64,000 nucleotides of DNA from Oopsacas minuta (taxonomy: Eukaryota > Animalia > Porifera), in assembly GCA_024704765.1 (NCBI GenBank), contig JAKMXF010000144.1:434001-498000 (forward strand). The letters run 5' to 3'. The notes beneath the pieces were generated by a model. The model did no database searches. It saw only the letters and a program-made list of their open reading frames with translations, and was not told the origin of the DNA. A program made the translations under genes and the position numbers. Positions 21,101 through 35,400 of this stretch are shown piece by piece (position 1 is the stretch's first letter; the number at the start of each line of letters is the position of its first letter).

Positions 21101-22391
21101 CTTGAATGAGATATTACTTAAATCAATTATCTCATTATCCGCTGGTATAGGTCAATGCTAGTAATGATATTATACTTGAACACTTTTTATTGTGTTTATT
21201 GGCAATGTATCACCGAACTATTGGGGGATGGAACTTTATTATCAAATTTATACAAGCTTATTTTACGGACATTTGTCGCTGAGTTTTCTATTAGGAATAC
21301 GAGAAATAAGAATAAGATATCTTCTTGCTCTGCTTTGACTATTGCACAACAAACCGATCTTCTATGCTCGAATCTAGAACATCCATACCAGTGTATATTA
21401 CTGATTTGAACGACAGCGACTGTCTGTATTACTAATATCACTACAAATGTTTAGCTAGAAAATACTAACTGTCATGCTCCTAGAAATCTATTTTTATCAC
21501 TTTAAAGTAACTCTTCTATGATTATTCTATTCAAGGGTCGTTAGGGTTAACTCTTCGTAGACTGTGTTATACTGAGAAAATATGTAAATGTAATTTTTAT
21601 TGAATATTATGTATTCATCTAATTTACAACTCTTATCCGTACCTCTTCTAGTCTGAGGTTGTATGTAATATATTTTTAAAGATTTTGGTACCATCTCTTA
21701 TCGTGGTAATTAATTATCACATGTTTGTGGGACTTTGAGCATTGTTACTATTGCTATGTTATAATATGCCATAACATGCTAACATCATCTCTTTACCGAT
21801 TACCACTGAAGTTTTACTTTCGTAATGAAAAGGAACACTAAAATTTTACCACTTCGCTTTAACTAATTCCCGCACCAAAAACGAGATTTTAGCACCTTTT
21901 GACGTCATAAAATCACACTTTTCCCGGCAGTATTCGGTTAATATCATCCTCGATAAAAATACTTCCTTCGCTAAACGAAGGAATCTAGTTCTCAGTTTTA
22001 ATAACGATTTCTTTTAACTTACAGCATTTTATACACATTTTTGAGTCATATGATTCCTATTTCTACTGTCCTCGAACCTAAAAAGGAATTTATCTTAATT
22101 AATACCCCTCTGTTTAAAACAGATGTCTTTACAAGCTCCACACAAATCTCAAAAGAATATTAACATTTTCATTAACTTCGGTTATTTATAAGATTTACAT
22201 ATACAGTACTGCATATTTCCATAGTAGATAAGGTTATTTCATTGCAGTATTCGTACTGTACATTTTGAACGTTATATAAATACTAATAAGTGTAACAGAT
22301 TTGTTCATACCATTCTATCTGTATAGTAATAATACTATTAATCTCTGCTGCTTGATATTACGAAGAAATAGAGAGAAGACAGTTGATTAAC

Positions 22392-25300
22392 ATGAATAAT
22401 ATGATGATGGATCCTATGTATATTCAACCTCAACAAGATTCTCTGAGATTTCTACACAATATTACACAAAATTTAATTTCTCAAGTCACATATGCCAAAT
22501 CTTGTAGGCAATTGATACATTGGTGTAGCACTCTTACTGTCTATCAGCCTCATTTTGAGACTGCACTTCTGTCTTGTCTTTCTGTAAGTATTCGCGTTCC
22601 ACAATTCTATTTACTGCAATATTTCATATGGTTTAGGCCTAATTTTATGGATACTGTATTGACTGGTAAGAGTAGAATATTGACAATAGCGGGCAAATAT
22701 AGATTGATTTGTATGTTGCGAAAATCACTATTTGCATTCACAGATATTTACATTAATGTCAACTAGAGATGTACTTACAAATTCAATCTCTATCCTCAAA
22801 TTGTTATTCGATTTGTTTCTTGTTCTCAATCAGCTGATTGTTGTATCAAGTTACATACCATTCGTGCCAGTTAATCCAGTCATACTCTGAATTCATAAAT
22901 AGCACTTCTGTATTTTCTAAAAATATTACTTCCCCGAATTGTCAATTCTACAAAATACACTGTGTTCCTAATCATATTTTTCCACATGGTTGTTCCTTGA
23001 TTTATCAGAATTTGCTTAGTTTTGAATTCTTCAAATTACAATTTATTGTATTACCGTTATATCCGTGTAGGCAGCTGCTACATGTGCTACTAAACCCGGA
23101 TTTGATATAGATCTTGGTAAGTTAATTCATTAATTCAATAAATAATGAGTAATGAAACTCACTTTACTGAATCTCACCATTTGTGATTCGTTTTAATGTT
23201 CTTCCCATTACATTCATGATTTGCATTATTTGCTGCACAAACTTTATTTACGTAACCTAGATATTGAAAGGTGACACTACCCAATCCATAAGGTTCAGAG
23301 AATCAAAATCTTGTCCTATTGCCCTGAACGTATATCTCTTGAACGATTATACATATCTATATAATAGCCAGAATATATATTTATTTGTGCAATTTCGAAC
23401 GGTTTCATAGTATTTGATAAAATCTGTACTATCAAAGCATCTATCAGCCCCCTGCCTCCCAAACATATCCTGCAAAGATTCTAAAATTCCCAAAGAATTC
23501 ATTGATTTTTCCCTCCCGCCTTAGAACTATACGTATACGTTAATTTGGTGATACAGGGATACGTAGTGATAGTATGAAGAGTTACATATTGTAACTGCTG
23601 AAGAATTGGTTCATTATCTTATCATCCTATTGTCTAAAATGATTGATTAGCTTTTCTGCTTTCAAAATACTTTTGAAACGCTAAACTGTGCTAATACTGA
23701 GTAGTCAGTAATTTGTCATTATCTGTTCGACTGATAAGTCACGGAAATTATATTCAGTCTTCCTAAGCTGTTTAAAGCCGTTATCGCGTCATTAGAACAA
23801 TAGTACTCTTTCTTTAGGTAATGTTGCTCCATTTTGCAGAAATTATCTGCTGAATCATTGTAAGAAAGATCGAATTTGACAATAGAATGTCACATAAACG
23901 ATAATATTTCTAATTATGTCTATAATTCTTAGAATTTAGTGGAAATGAATAAATCCTTATTTGTCGTTTAAGGTATCATTTTCTATTCTTACAATTTTTT
24001 CTCTGTTATTTAGCAGTTCAGTTATTCCAGAGTTGTTGCAACTTTAAAACTCAAGCATCCCCTCAATTCAATGGTAAGGATTCATTCAATTTTGTTTCTC
24101 TTTTCTATTTAGTTTGAATTTTTAAGTTACCAATTCATACAAAATTGTAGTTTTTTCGCTAATTGAGCTGGCCTGGATTTTTTGGGTTCTACAATTTTCA
24201 ACGTATTCGTAATTCACTTTTCGTTTAAAATATTCTATTCAACACAACTGTTTATCATTTCAATTCTGGTTAGAGCGATTAAAAACACTGTGGGATGATA
24301 TGAATGAGCAAGTGGCTATGAAGAGGAGTGGGAATCAGGAGCAAGCTCAGAGAATAGCTCAACAGATTCAGATACAAGCTGCTCAACAAGCTATGCCATC
24401 AGGTGAAAACATTCCGCATGTAAATCAGCATATGAATCAACAACACTACCAACCTTCAAGGTATGTGCATGTAGGGGATTAATACAGGATATTACCTAAA
24501 CTGACTTTTAATTCAATTTAATTTTCGTGGATCGAATTTAATGACTGAGATAATTCTTTTCAAAATCAATGGTGTGTGTCTATTTCACATATATTAATCG
24601 AAAATTAATACAGTTATGCATTGGAGATTCTTTGGAATTTTCTGTATCGCCGCTATTATAAAAGTTCGTTAATTTTGTAAAGATATATATATATCATTGA
24701 TTGAGTCATTATTCTAATTATAATTGATGGAGAGAACCCTGAACTCTGAACTTCTCATCCTAGTGTTAATGAATTGCATTTCTCTCTAACTACTGATCTC
24801 ATTTGTGAAAACTTCTTATACACACTATAACTCATCTTGCTTACGATATGAGTATAAGCTAATTTGACACTTAATTCATTTTAATTTACTTTCCTTCCTG
24901 CTAATATATGGTTATAACATTCTTTAGAGAAATTCCTGAATACCCTTCTCTTGGATCTTCAGAAACTACAGTATCCGTGGTTACTACAATATACTCCAGT
25001 ATGACGTCACACTCTGTCTCTCCTTCACATCACGCCCCAACTACGGTATCAATCCCATCCTCCTCTCAGCCCTCTATAACCACCAGTTCTCCTACGGCTA
25101 TCCCCACCCCCGCTGTGACTCAACCTACCAACACAAAGACCCCTGTACAAACACAACCTAACACTACTCCAGTCGCTACTGTACAAACAGCTGCTATTTT
25201 CGCGGCTGCTCACGCAACGGCTACGGCTACAGCTACTGCTATCACAGCCTCGAAACTGCCCTCTGGTCCTCCAGGGTCCCCAAACTCTGATACAGCCTCT

Positions 25301-28300
25301 AACAAGCCCCCTCCTCAGAATCTCCCCAGACCACAAACAGCACCTGTACACATGGCACAACAGCTGGAGAGACGGATGTCAACTCCCGTCACACCTATGA
25401 ACCCTCTCATGGCTGCTCTTTCAGGTCCCGTACAATTTCCTGATTCACCCCATCAGCTGTCTCAGCATATGATGACTCCCCTCAATGACCCTATGACACA
25501 CGGACTCCCTCTTGACGGCCTTCCTCTTCACCCTCAACCTCCTCCTCCTTACAACCACATAACCACTCAGAGGGGCCTACAGCTACCTCCCACCTATCAG
25601 GATGTTACCACCCTGTTACCAGCTGTTAGTCCCATGCAGACTGCTTACGCCACGCCAAACAAAATACCTCAGGTATAGTAATACAGAATTAAGCTGTATT
25701 ACATAATAATATTACTGTTTGTTAATAGGGTGTAATGACTATGATGGGACCTGAGTACAATCAATACGTAGATCAGTTCTCAGCTTCTTATCCTCCACAA
25801 CAAGTAAATACTAATATACGTTATCACATATTCACATATATTTTTATGTTTAATCTCTCGTTAGGTCTCATTTAACAAAGGTCTGCCCCCGGAATTAGGA
25901 TCTCCTTATGAGTACCCTCCGATGATGGCTCGTCCTAATTCTCTCTATCTCCCTCCCTCATCTTATGACAGTATAGCAGGAAATCCTAAGGTATACTATA
26001 TCAATATATTAGTTAGCTTTTGATATAAAATTATATCTCTATTTAGTCTCTCACTGAAACCAGATCTTATATGACACCAGGGATGGGATTTGATGTAATG
26101 GTACCTGGACCAGGGATGCATTCTCCATACATCAATAGTTTCCCACAGCAAGGCAGAATGGGATACATGCAAATGCCTGCTACAGCATCTCGTTAGTTAA
26201 TTTATAATTTCAAGAATATTTGTTCATGTGATTACACAATCCTTTGTCAATTTCCTCTAATTCTTCACACATGTGATGCCATAGTTCACTAAAAGTGTAG
26301 AAATTCTGAGTAATACTCTTCTAAGAATAATTACCATATGTATCATGTAATTCTTGCCATTATTAGATGAAGAAATGTTAATTTCTATTATAATCATATT
26401 TACAAAGAATTTCTGAGGTGCTTTATTTGTATTTTATTACATAGCAACAAAGTTAACACAACCAATGCAATTCCCTCAACACATAGCCCCTGCACCTAAC
26501 CATTCTATGATGACGCCTAATTATATGATGAATCCTAAAGTATATCCTCAATCTGCACCCCCAGGGTTTCATATACCCCCAGATTTCCCACAGTTGAATA
26601 AGGAATATCTTGAGATTAACAAACATGGAGGTAGTTACGATTACAAAATGTGTAGAATTGTTTGTTTGTATCTTTGTTTGTAGATCAAGTTATACGACTG
26701 ACAGCTCCCATTGTTGATGGTGTCCTCCTAGCTCCATTCCAATTACAACATAATAATAATTCTATCTCACACAAGTTTATCATGAAAGAGAACGTATTTC
26801 CTACTTTGATTAGCAGGTATGACTTATAATATTATACGTACAGTCAACTACCGTAATATCCAATTTTAACGATCCGTGATAATTCTTTCTACATAACATC
26901 TGTATTAATGTTAGGTTAGACATTTTCTGTACAATTACAGACTTCGATATTTATGGGTTATCAATATATCCGTGTTCGATTTAACTGGAGTTGGCTGTAT
27001 ACTTCTCTAAATAGTATAAATTGTGAATATAATTATATCCTAGAAATTCAATACGAATATATTAAAGTTTTTACAAAATTATGTTAGTTTACAGATTTGC
27101 ATCTTCCTTATCTGTCAATCTCTTCCTACTACGACTCTGCGATTCTTTCCTGAAAGGACCATTCTTCGTATTATCATAGTCAAGGACAAATTGCGGAATA
27201 TTTAGCTGAGTTGTTCCTAAGTGTTGACTTAGCTCTTTTAGAGAATTAATCATCCAAACGCGTTCTTTGATGTCGTATGCAATAAAATAGAGGAATTTAT
27301 AAGCTTGAACTTTAAACCAAAAATACGGATGTACAATATACAAAGCATGGAGATTCTGTTTGTATTTCTCTTCACAGAGATTGTATAAACTCTCAAAGAA
27401 ATTTTGTGAAAAGTAATTATTCTCCTCGCTAACCGTATGAAAGTACACGAGTATGTATGACTGGCTTACCAAACTGTCCATATACTTAACAAAGTATAAT
27501 TTAGCCTTACTAACATCAAGCTTACTACCAGGAATACTCTTGCTAGCATAGCCTAGTACCATTCGTTTTTCACTGAACCCCAGCTTGAATATTGGATCGT
27601 ATTGTGCTACGCTTGATAGAGATTCTGTCTTTGCATGTCTGAGATAGATCAGATAGCGTTTCTTGTTGTCTTCTGCCTCAGGACGTGCGTGTAGAGCTTG
27701 TTGACGAACTTCATCGTTATCTTCATGCATTGTAGCGAAGTTATGCTTACTATCGCCATTCTCTCCATTCTGTATCTGTACACGTTCAGGTTTCTTATCC
27801 GTTTTACTAGTCTCTTTTATATACCATTCAATATCTTCTTGCGTAATTTGTTCTGAATGTAAGAGCTCCAGGGGATCCCCCATCACGCGTATTTCTCTCC
27901 CCTCGTATATGATCTCACCCTTCTCATTACCGATATTCTTCTGCACTTTGTAACAAGCTAATTGTAGTTCTGTCTGTGTGCGAGGGAAGTAAGCCTTCAT
28001 TAATGTGTTGTAGATTACTTCATCTTCTGGTCGTATGTTGAATACAATCTTCTGGAATGAGTTAGGATATCTCTCTAGATATCTTCTCACTGTACGCAAT
28101 GCTATGTGTGTCCCTTGTTCAGGAGGATATCCCCTCTCAACTGAATGAATACTTGGTATAGCTAGTATCTCTAGATTCCTAGCGTGAGATTCTATGAGTA
28201 TACGATGGTAGCATGAGAATAAGGCTGTCTCTGCAGCAGTTTCAAACTTCACAGTGAATTTAGGTTCGATGCAGTGTAGTACGAATCTACATGGAAGTCT

Positions 28301-31300
28301 GTATGCTTCTGTTACTCGTAATTCTGAAGTTTTCATCTCAGGACCGTCCTGCTCTAACTCAATACACAGATCTGCTCCTGCCTTCTTGAAAATGCGCCGA
28401 GTAACATCTGACTGAGAATTTAAATTCTCCAAATTCGGACATACAATAGCTGAGCACTCAAATTCCTCCACAGGTCCTGACCACAACACGACAGTATTGT
28501 TAATCTCTTTATTGATAATAAACGGAGATTCTTCCCAGTTCCTTTGTGCGTTTAAATCTATACTAGTCTGCTCCTTCCCCTCTCCCAGCATCATTTCCCC
28601 CCAAGATAATAGGTCACCTGCCTTATACATTGAGCTCTTCTGAGGCTCTCTAGAAATAAGATTTTTTTTAGTCGCCATTTTAAACAAATTCCAATCAAAA
28701 ATATAATTATATAAATTTAGTTTTAACCTTTACGTAGTGCCTATAAGTTTCCACTCTCAGCATGTGATTCAGTTGTCTCCACTAGATATCTCGTTTCGCT
28801 GATATGGTATTAACTAAGCTAATACAGCTATTACAGAGATAATTGCCTGGCCTTGGTCTAAAGTGGAAACTTTACACACTTTAATATTCAATTGCTATAA
28901 TCTATTTATCTATTCACATAAGACACCTTCAGGGTTCTCGTCAGGATTATGTAATAGGGGGTGCACCGTAGACTGTGCACAATACGCGTTAAAATACACC
29001 CTTAAGGAATAAAGAAGATGATTGCCCGTTTTTTGGGTGAATATATAACATTGTGTATACACGATAGAGGGGTACAGAATGTCTATTTAGGCACGATAGG
29101 GGGGGTGCGCCCCCCAAAAAGGCTTAACGAGTACACTGGACACCTTACTGCACAATTCACTTAACTAATAACGTTAATATAGGTCAGAAAATGCTATAAT
29201 CGTCACTCCTGTCATAAGATTTCGAATTATAATCAACCTGTCATAGGCGCCGAACCCGGCGGGCAATTGGTTGTAGCCTCATAGAGCAAATACTAAATAT
29301 ATGTGTGAGCCCTCTGAGATCCTTCAAGTTGTTAGGAAGTTCGGCGCGCCTGCAACCTGTTGTATTAGCGACCCAATAGAGAAGGATTTTTTCCCTACGG
29401 ACGTTGGTGTATATATTAATATTTTATTTGTAATTACACAGCACATATATTGAAATATAATTCAATATTCTTATTATATCTAATAGAGTTGACTTAGATG
29501 TACAGCTACGATGTTACCAATCCAGCGAAACACATCTCAGCTCATCATGGCCTAAAGATCAAGAGATACATGTCCTTATTAACAACTACAGGATAATTAT
29601 TAACGAGGTTATTATTTATACTAACTGAAGCATTTATACCATATCTCTACCAGAATATGAGTAATCGTATGATTTCGTTATCCATTTTATAGTTTCTCAT
29701 ATCATTATATGAATGACGATCTTCACTTCTTTAGGTTTAAATTCCGAGGCTAGGGGTCCCAACCATGTTCTCCTGTGGACCCCTATGCCAATTTTAACAC
29801 AATTTGTGGATACAACATATAATACCCTCCTTATATAGAAATATTTCTGTAGAGTGAGAGTAAGATGCAGAAACCTCTACTTCTTAAGAAATACTGTGTG
29901 TCTGGTTTAAATATGTTACAGCTTAACGTTAGAGCATGCTGTTGTAGTCACCTATTTGAACTTCAGTTAGTTCACAGGCCTTCTATCACAAGCGTAAAGA
30001 ATAAAATATCCAAAGAGAGGTTTATTGACAGCGAACTGAGTCTTAATAAAAGTATTATTCTATCTTTATAGTGTGTGTTGTCAGTTTTTACTCTGCTCTT
30101 CCATTTATAGTTATCGAGTTCATGTCTCCACGACAATCAGAGGAAGACCTCCACACAATATCTGCTTCCACTTCTCTGAAATGTCCTATAACTCAGAGAG
30201 TTATAGAGATACCTATAAGAGGAGTGATGTGTAGACACATACAGGTAGGTTGTAGTTTTCACTGGTTCTGTAGGGGGTGGGACTACCATTCAGTCAAAGG
30301 ATACAGCCCTCGAATTTGCTTAGGGTAGGAAATTTTGCTTCGTCACCCTAAACGAACATCTGATTTTGTCATATAATACCGCATAAATATGTATAATTTA
30401 ATTCAATACTCTATAGTGCTTTGACTTGGTATCTTTCTTACATATGAATCATGAGAGAGAAACTTGGAAATGTCCAATATGCGGGTATGTATAATCTAAT
30501 AATATTTATGTATTTATCTAATGTTAATCGCATTAATGTTTGTAGAGAGTTAGCTGTTGCTGTTGATGCTAATTTTGTAGAAGTAGATGGTTTTATTTCT
30601 AAGATAATACAAGAAACACAAAAAATGAGGTAGAATATATATTTTATTATTTCGAGAGGGAAGATATTAGTTTATATAGATATTCTTATAGAACTGATAG
30701 CAGTGAGGAATTAACTGAGATACTAATAGACGATAAAGGAAATTGGAGTTTCACGAATAGTATAAAGCAAGAGAAACGTATGTAACATTATTACATTAAC
30801 GCATTCGCAACGGGGTTGATGATTTTATTTCAGTATTGTAATAATCTCAAAAGTAATTTTTTTAATAAATTTTTCTGTGATGCCTTTTGTGAATCAGTAT
30901 TTTTGTATAGCTTCACTTTTCGTTCCCGTTGCAAACGTGTTAATATTTATTTTTTTAAATGTGTTTATCTATAGCCAGCCCTAATAAGAGATGTAAACAA
31001 GAACCAGACACGCCATCCCCTGAATCCCCAAAGAAATTCGTGAAGAGGAGAAAGCTATCAAGCTCTAAGAAGAAGATGGAGAGAGTAGAAACTATAAATA
31101 CTTATAACAGTCAGCAACAATCAGCTCCTAATATGATGATGCCTAATAGAAATGATATGCCAAATCTACCAGCAGCCTTATTGAAAGATTATCCCATTAA
31201 GGTATATGGCACAGGTAACGACTTGAAATTATTACTTATATTATAACTTCCCCCAGAATCTCGATAACTCCCCTCACATGATGTCAAGGACACCTCTATC

Positions 31301-31763
31301 AGGGCCTAGCTCTGTGGATAGCAGGGGAGATAAGGCTGTTAACTCTCCTCTGATGATGCAGCTGAAAACAAGTCCGTTATCTCTCCCTGATTCTCAATTG
31401 GATCTACAACCTTCGGTATGTTTCATTTTATATATTTTCAGCATTTAATGTACAGTCAACTCCAGTTATATCAAACACGAATATATCGCAATACCAGCTT
31501 ATATCGCAGTCTGAACTTGTACAATTATGGTACCAAACTGTCAAAGTACCATAAATTACATCAGCTATATTGAAGTAATTATCATGGTGCCATGAGCTAT
31601 GAGCTTCGATATAATGGGAGTTGACTGTACGGTATGTGTTATGATTAAATTTACACCAATACTTATTCCCTTATAGATACACTTAGACCCAGGATTTAGT
31701 ACGAATCTACTAGAAGTTCTACAAAATAGCGAGCCTACTCCAACAGATGATCTCCCCTATTAA
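22392..31763 (+). CDS. ZMIZ1: Zinc finger MIZ domain-containing protein (Zimp10/ZMIZ1-like); multi-exon
   Basis: N-terminus LIHWC..YQPHFETALLSCL; AAAHATATATATA tract (~25200); FPTLISR|VDLDVQLRCY (26816/29487); KPLLLKKYC...ACCCSHLFELQLVHRPS (29853-30050); SP-RING SLKCPITQRVI...CRHIQ|CFDL...WKCPIC (30110-30490); last exon 31677-31763. Exons between 22600 and 24300 are unresolved. Confidence 0.9.
26841..26997. mobile_element. Tigger/pogo-like MITE in ZMIZ1 intron
   Basis: TA-CAGTCAACTACC...GGAGTTGGCTG-TA. Confidence 0.65.
27089..28678 (-). CDS. GDAP2: Ganglioside-induced differentiation-associated protein 2 (macro + CRAL-TRIO); single exon, nested in ZMIZ1 intron
   Basis: SPF..NKEIN..VVLWSG; RLPCRFVLHCIEPKFTVKFETAAETALFSCY; RGYPPEQGTHIALRTVRRYLE; BCH/CRAL-TRIO C-terminus (KYKQNLHALYIVHPYFWFK). 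Confidence 0.95.
   Translation of the reverse strand: MATKKNLISREPQKSSMYKAGDLLSWGEMMLGEGKEQTSIDLNAQRNWEESPFIINKEINNTVVLWSGPVEEFECSAIVCPNLENLNSQSDVTRRIFKKAGADLCIELEQDGPEMKTSELRVTEAYRLPCRFVLHCIEPKFTVKFETAAETALFSCYHRILIESHARNLEILAIPSIHSVERGYPPEQGTHIALRTVRRYLERYPNSFQKIVFNIRPEDEVIYNTLMKAYFPRTQTELQLACYKVQKNIGNEKGEIIYEGREIRVMGDPLELLHSEQITQEDIEWYIKETSKTDKKPERVQIQNGENGDSKHNFATMHEDNDEVRQQALHARPEAEDNKKRYLIYLRHAKTESLSSVAQYDPIFKLGFSEKRMVLGYASKSIPGSKLDVSKAKLYFVKYMDSLVSQSYILVYFHTVSEENNYFSQNFFESLYNLCEEKYKQNLHALYIVHPYFWFKVQAYKFLYFIAYDIKERVWMINSLKELSQHLGTTQLNIPQFVLDYDNTKNGPFRKESQSRSRKRLTDKEDANL
28930..29138. mobile_element. hAT-type MITE
   Basis: TIRs CAGGGTTCTCGT / ACGAGTACACTG with perfect 8-bp TSD GACACCTT (28922-28929, 29139-29146). 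Confidence 0.8.
29242..29352. mobile_element. hAT-type MITE (second family)
   Basis: TIRs CATAGGCGCCGAAC / GTTCGGCGCGCCTG with perfect 8-bp TSD CAACCTGT (29234-29241, 29353-29360). Confidence 0.8.
31453..31627. mobile_element. Tigger/pogo-like MITE in last ZMIZ1 intron
   Basis: TA-CAGTCAACTCCAGTTATATC...GATATAATGGGAGTTGACTG-TA. Confidence 0.8.
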
Positions 31764-32483
31764 TTCCACTATTAAAACTCAATGGATCACTTGATCAGCT
31801 TCTAACTATTTAAGATCTCACACTTTCATCAAAATATCTCTGCTCTGGCATTCTATTAGAACTGAATGTCTAGGAGTGACGATCTATATACCTCCATATT
31901 TTTAATTAATCTTAACTAATTTTTATCAATTCTTTTATGTCCTGTTGTAATTAAATTCTTGTGATTGAGAATTTTTACTAGCACTGCGGAATTTTCGAGA
32001 CAATGTAGGATTGATTTAATTAACAGCTGATAATCATTGTTGTTATTTGTTATTTGTTAAATATTCTCCACAGCCATTTATGTGGTTTGGTGAATGTTTT
32101 ATTGTTATATCTCACTTTGTTAGGTTTAATCTCAATAGATTGTTAGAATTGTAATTGCAGTAAATTAATTACTACATACATGCTTTATATTATCACATAT
32201 TCTATGGGAGATTACATCTCTCCATATGCTCCCTTCTCTACGTGAAATAAAAGGCTTTCTTTTAGCAAAAAATGCAAAATTTGAATTATACGCATGCATT
32301 TGTGTGATACCAATTGAATGACCATTGTAGGGTCCTGAATATGTGTATTATTTGTTCCTCCTATCCGGAACTTCGTATTAACGAGGTTCCTGTATGTATA
32401 TTAATAATTTCGCCTTTTGAATCTTTACTCTATTCCAATTCATAATTTTCGTATACAGCTGGCTAATTCATTAGTATATAAAA

Positions 32484-35400
32484 ATGAATCAAAGAGTCCA
32501 TACAGAATCTTCCATCCCACAAATAGTCTCAAACTTAAGAATGTTCTTAAACTTCGATCAGTCAGATGCGCAATCCATTATGGCTCGACTGTATCAGGGT
32601 ACAACTCAAAACCACCGCTACGCAACTCCAAAAATGGTTGAAGACAAAATTACCGTAAATAAGGTTCTTAATTCTGAGAAGTTAGGGAAAGACTTTGAAG
32701 CATACTACGATCTATTAGAGAATCAGGGTAATCCCGACCTACTAACTGCTGTGCTTTTACTAAGGAAATTACTATCTACAAGCAAAGGCGTGAGGCAATA
32801 CCTAGAAGCTAGGACAGAAATATTCATACAGAGGGTAACCAAGAGTTCTCCGAGGTAACAATTTATTGTCCTACTATCACACACATATTTATATACTTGT
32901 TTCTAGATATATTAGCTCAAAATCTATTACCAATCCAGCTAAACCTAAAATGGATCATTCAATAGCACTAACTCAAGAAGAATTATACTCCAGATCAACT
33001 TCTTTACCCCATACACCTGGCTTGAATGCACGTTCACAACCTCAACGTCATGTACCTGTAGAGATTAAGTCCCCACGTGAAACCTCGGATCAGAGGAGAG
33101 AACCTCGGGGTAAGATAGAACCCAGAAAAGGAACACCTGAAATTTTGGAACACAAGAGAGAGATACGGGGTCACTTTGATCATAGGAGAGAGAGGAACGA
33201 TAACTTAGAACCAAGGAAAGATACAAGAGATTACTTGGAACCCAGGGAACATGATATATTGGAACCAAGGACACGCGATAACTTGGAACAAGGGAGAGAG
33301 AGAAGCGATATATTTGATCAGAGGCGAGAACCACGTGATAGCCCAAATCAAAGAAGAGAACCACGCGAGGTATTAGAGCCTCCTAAACAATCAAAATCAC
33401 CTAAAAAACACTCTCCTGATATGATTACACGTTCATATCTGACAAGAAACTATGTCAACCCGAGTGCAGATACTTTACTGAAGAATCCTCCTCCTCCCAT
33501 GCGAGAGGTAGATTATAACTTCATTGTAATTATAGCTATAATTTATAAATTGGAGTTCGCCTATTAGCAATTCGTATTTTGAATTTTCCTTGGTATGCAT
33601 AAACTTGCTATTAGAGGAATCATTTACAATACAGATGGACTCTAAGTCTCTGAAAACTTGCCAAAAGGCGAACACCACTGCATATTTATGTGTTATTAAA
33701 TTCATGTTTCTAGGTAGATCTATTCTCACAAGAACGGCTGATAGTAGAAGAGATAATTTCCCTACTTATAGGTGTACAGGGTTGGTACATACTGTATGAC
33801 CCTGATACTAAACAGCTGGGATATTATCAAGGAGGAGAATACATTAATCCATCTCTGAGGAGTTTGATTCGTAAGATAGAACCTCTGTTCTGTTTCTATT
33901 CTACTGTTACTAAATTCATAGAGATGTACTCTACATATGAACACGGATTAGTTAGTCAATCTCTCTGCTCAGTGATGAGTACTTTATTGAAGGAGCATTT
34001 TACTGTAGCTGCCCAGCTGGAGACTCAGTTAAGGTCTGGGAACTTGTCTATACAACAGCTATGGTTCTTCCTGCAACCGTGTTTTAAAACACTGAGTCTC
34101 CTTTACGAGGTGATTAAAACATATTTCATAGAATATACAGTCAACTTCCGGTTATATCGAATACCTGTCGAAGTCTGAAATTGTACAAATATGGATATAA
34201 CGGAAGTTGATTGTATTTCCTACTGGACATGTTCATGCGTTACTGGTATTTAGATATGTGAAGATATCGAGAAATCTAAAATGGATGGAGCTACTATACT
34301 CAGTATGCTATATAACAAGATGTCCACGTTTATTGGAGACCCCAAAGCCAAGCAGTGGTGCTTAGCTCTTGCAACACATACCTCTGTTCCTTACTTTGAG
34401 ATTCTAGAGAACTGGATTTATCGGGGCATAATCCTAGACCCTAAACAGGAATTCATGGTAGAAGAATCTAAGACTACTCCTAACCCTGCTTTACACTCTC
34501 ATCCTTATTATGACCTCACTACCCACTACTGGGATAGGACATATACATGGAAGCGTGAGAAGACACCTTGTTTCTTGGAGAACTTACCAGACAAGATTCT
34601 AAAAACTGGTTAGGCCTCTGGAAAACAATATTTCTTGTATAAGACTTCAGCGAAACCTCCACACAAATGGGCCTGTTAAGTAAAAATATATAAAGCGAAT
34701 TCTTACTCCTATATAAATGAACCTCCATAAACGGGTAGCATTTTCGGTGCCCTTGGCACATCACCCAGTTAGTGGCAGTTACACTCACTGTACATTCAAA
34801 ATTTTTTGTAGCCTATTCCAGTTCTTCAATAGATTGAGTTTATCTTTTTGTAATTTGTAGGAAAGTATTTGAACGTATTTCGTGAGAGTGAGAAGAAACT
34901 AAACAATCCTAACCGCATCAACATAAGATACTCAGAGAATCCTCGTGACTACATAGAGCCAATAGATCTAGCGTTTAAGTTTGCTAGTGAACAACTGCTT
35001 TGGGAGTTGTCACGTGACCATGATCTTATGGGTCGATTAAATGCGCTACGTCGCTACTTCCTTATGAACCAAGGAGATTTCTTCTTACATTTTATGTCTA
35101 TAGCAAGAACAGAATTGTTTGGTACTGCAGAAGATATTCAGTTACAACGGCTACAAGGTCTATTGGAGGTGTCTATAACGAATAGTAACGCTAGATTCGA
35201 CAAATATGCAGATTACTTGAAGGTTAAATTAGAAACCTCTGATGTGGTGGATATGCTAGCACTTGTTATAAGGATTGATAAACAGATACCTGATAAGAGA
35301 ATTAAATCTGATGCATTTGAGTTTCTACCTAAACCTGGAGAGGTAGGCTATTAGTTTACTTTTAAGAGATTTTTGATTTTTGTTGTAAAACTTGTAATTT

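Noticed and set aside
21155-21441. Overlapping 81-84 aa ORFs between DNAJC11 and ZMIZ1
   Set aside because: No recognisable motifs, no consistent splice model, and likely UTR or intergenic sequence.
21900-21907. TGACGTCA CRE-like sites (also ~1147 and ~61782)
   Set aside because: An 8-mer occurring a few times in 64 kb, one copy intronic, is insufficient to call regulatory.
22770-23900. Protein-like minus-strand fragments in a ZMIZ1 intron (e.g. MNSLGILESLQDMFGRQG...)
   Set aside because: Interrupted by many stops and no family recognised; could be a decayed gene or TE but is not supportable.
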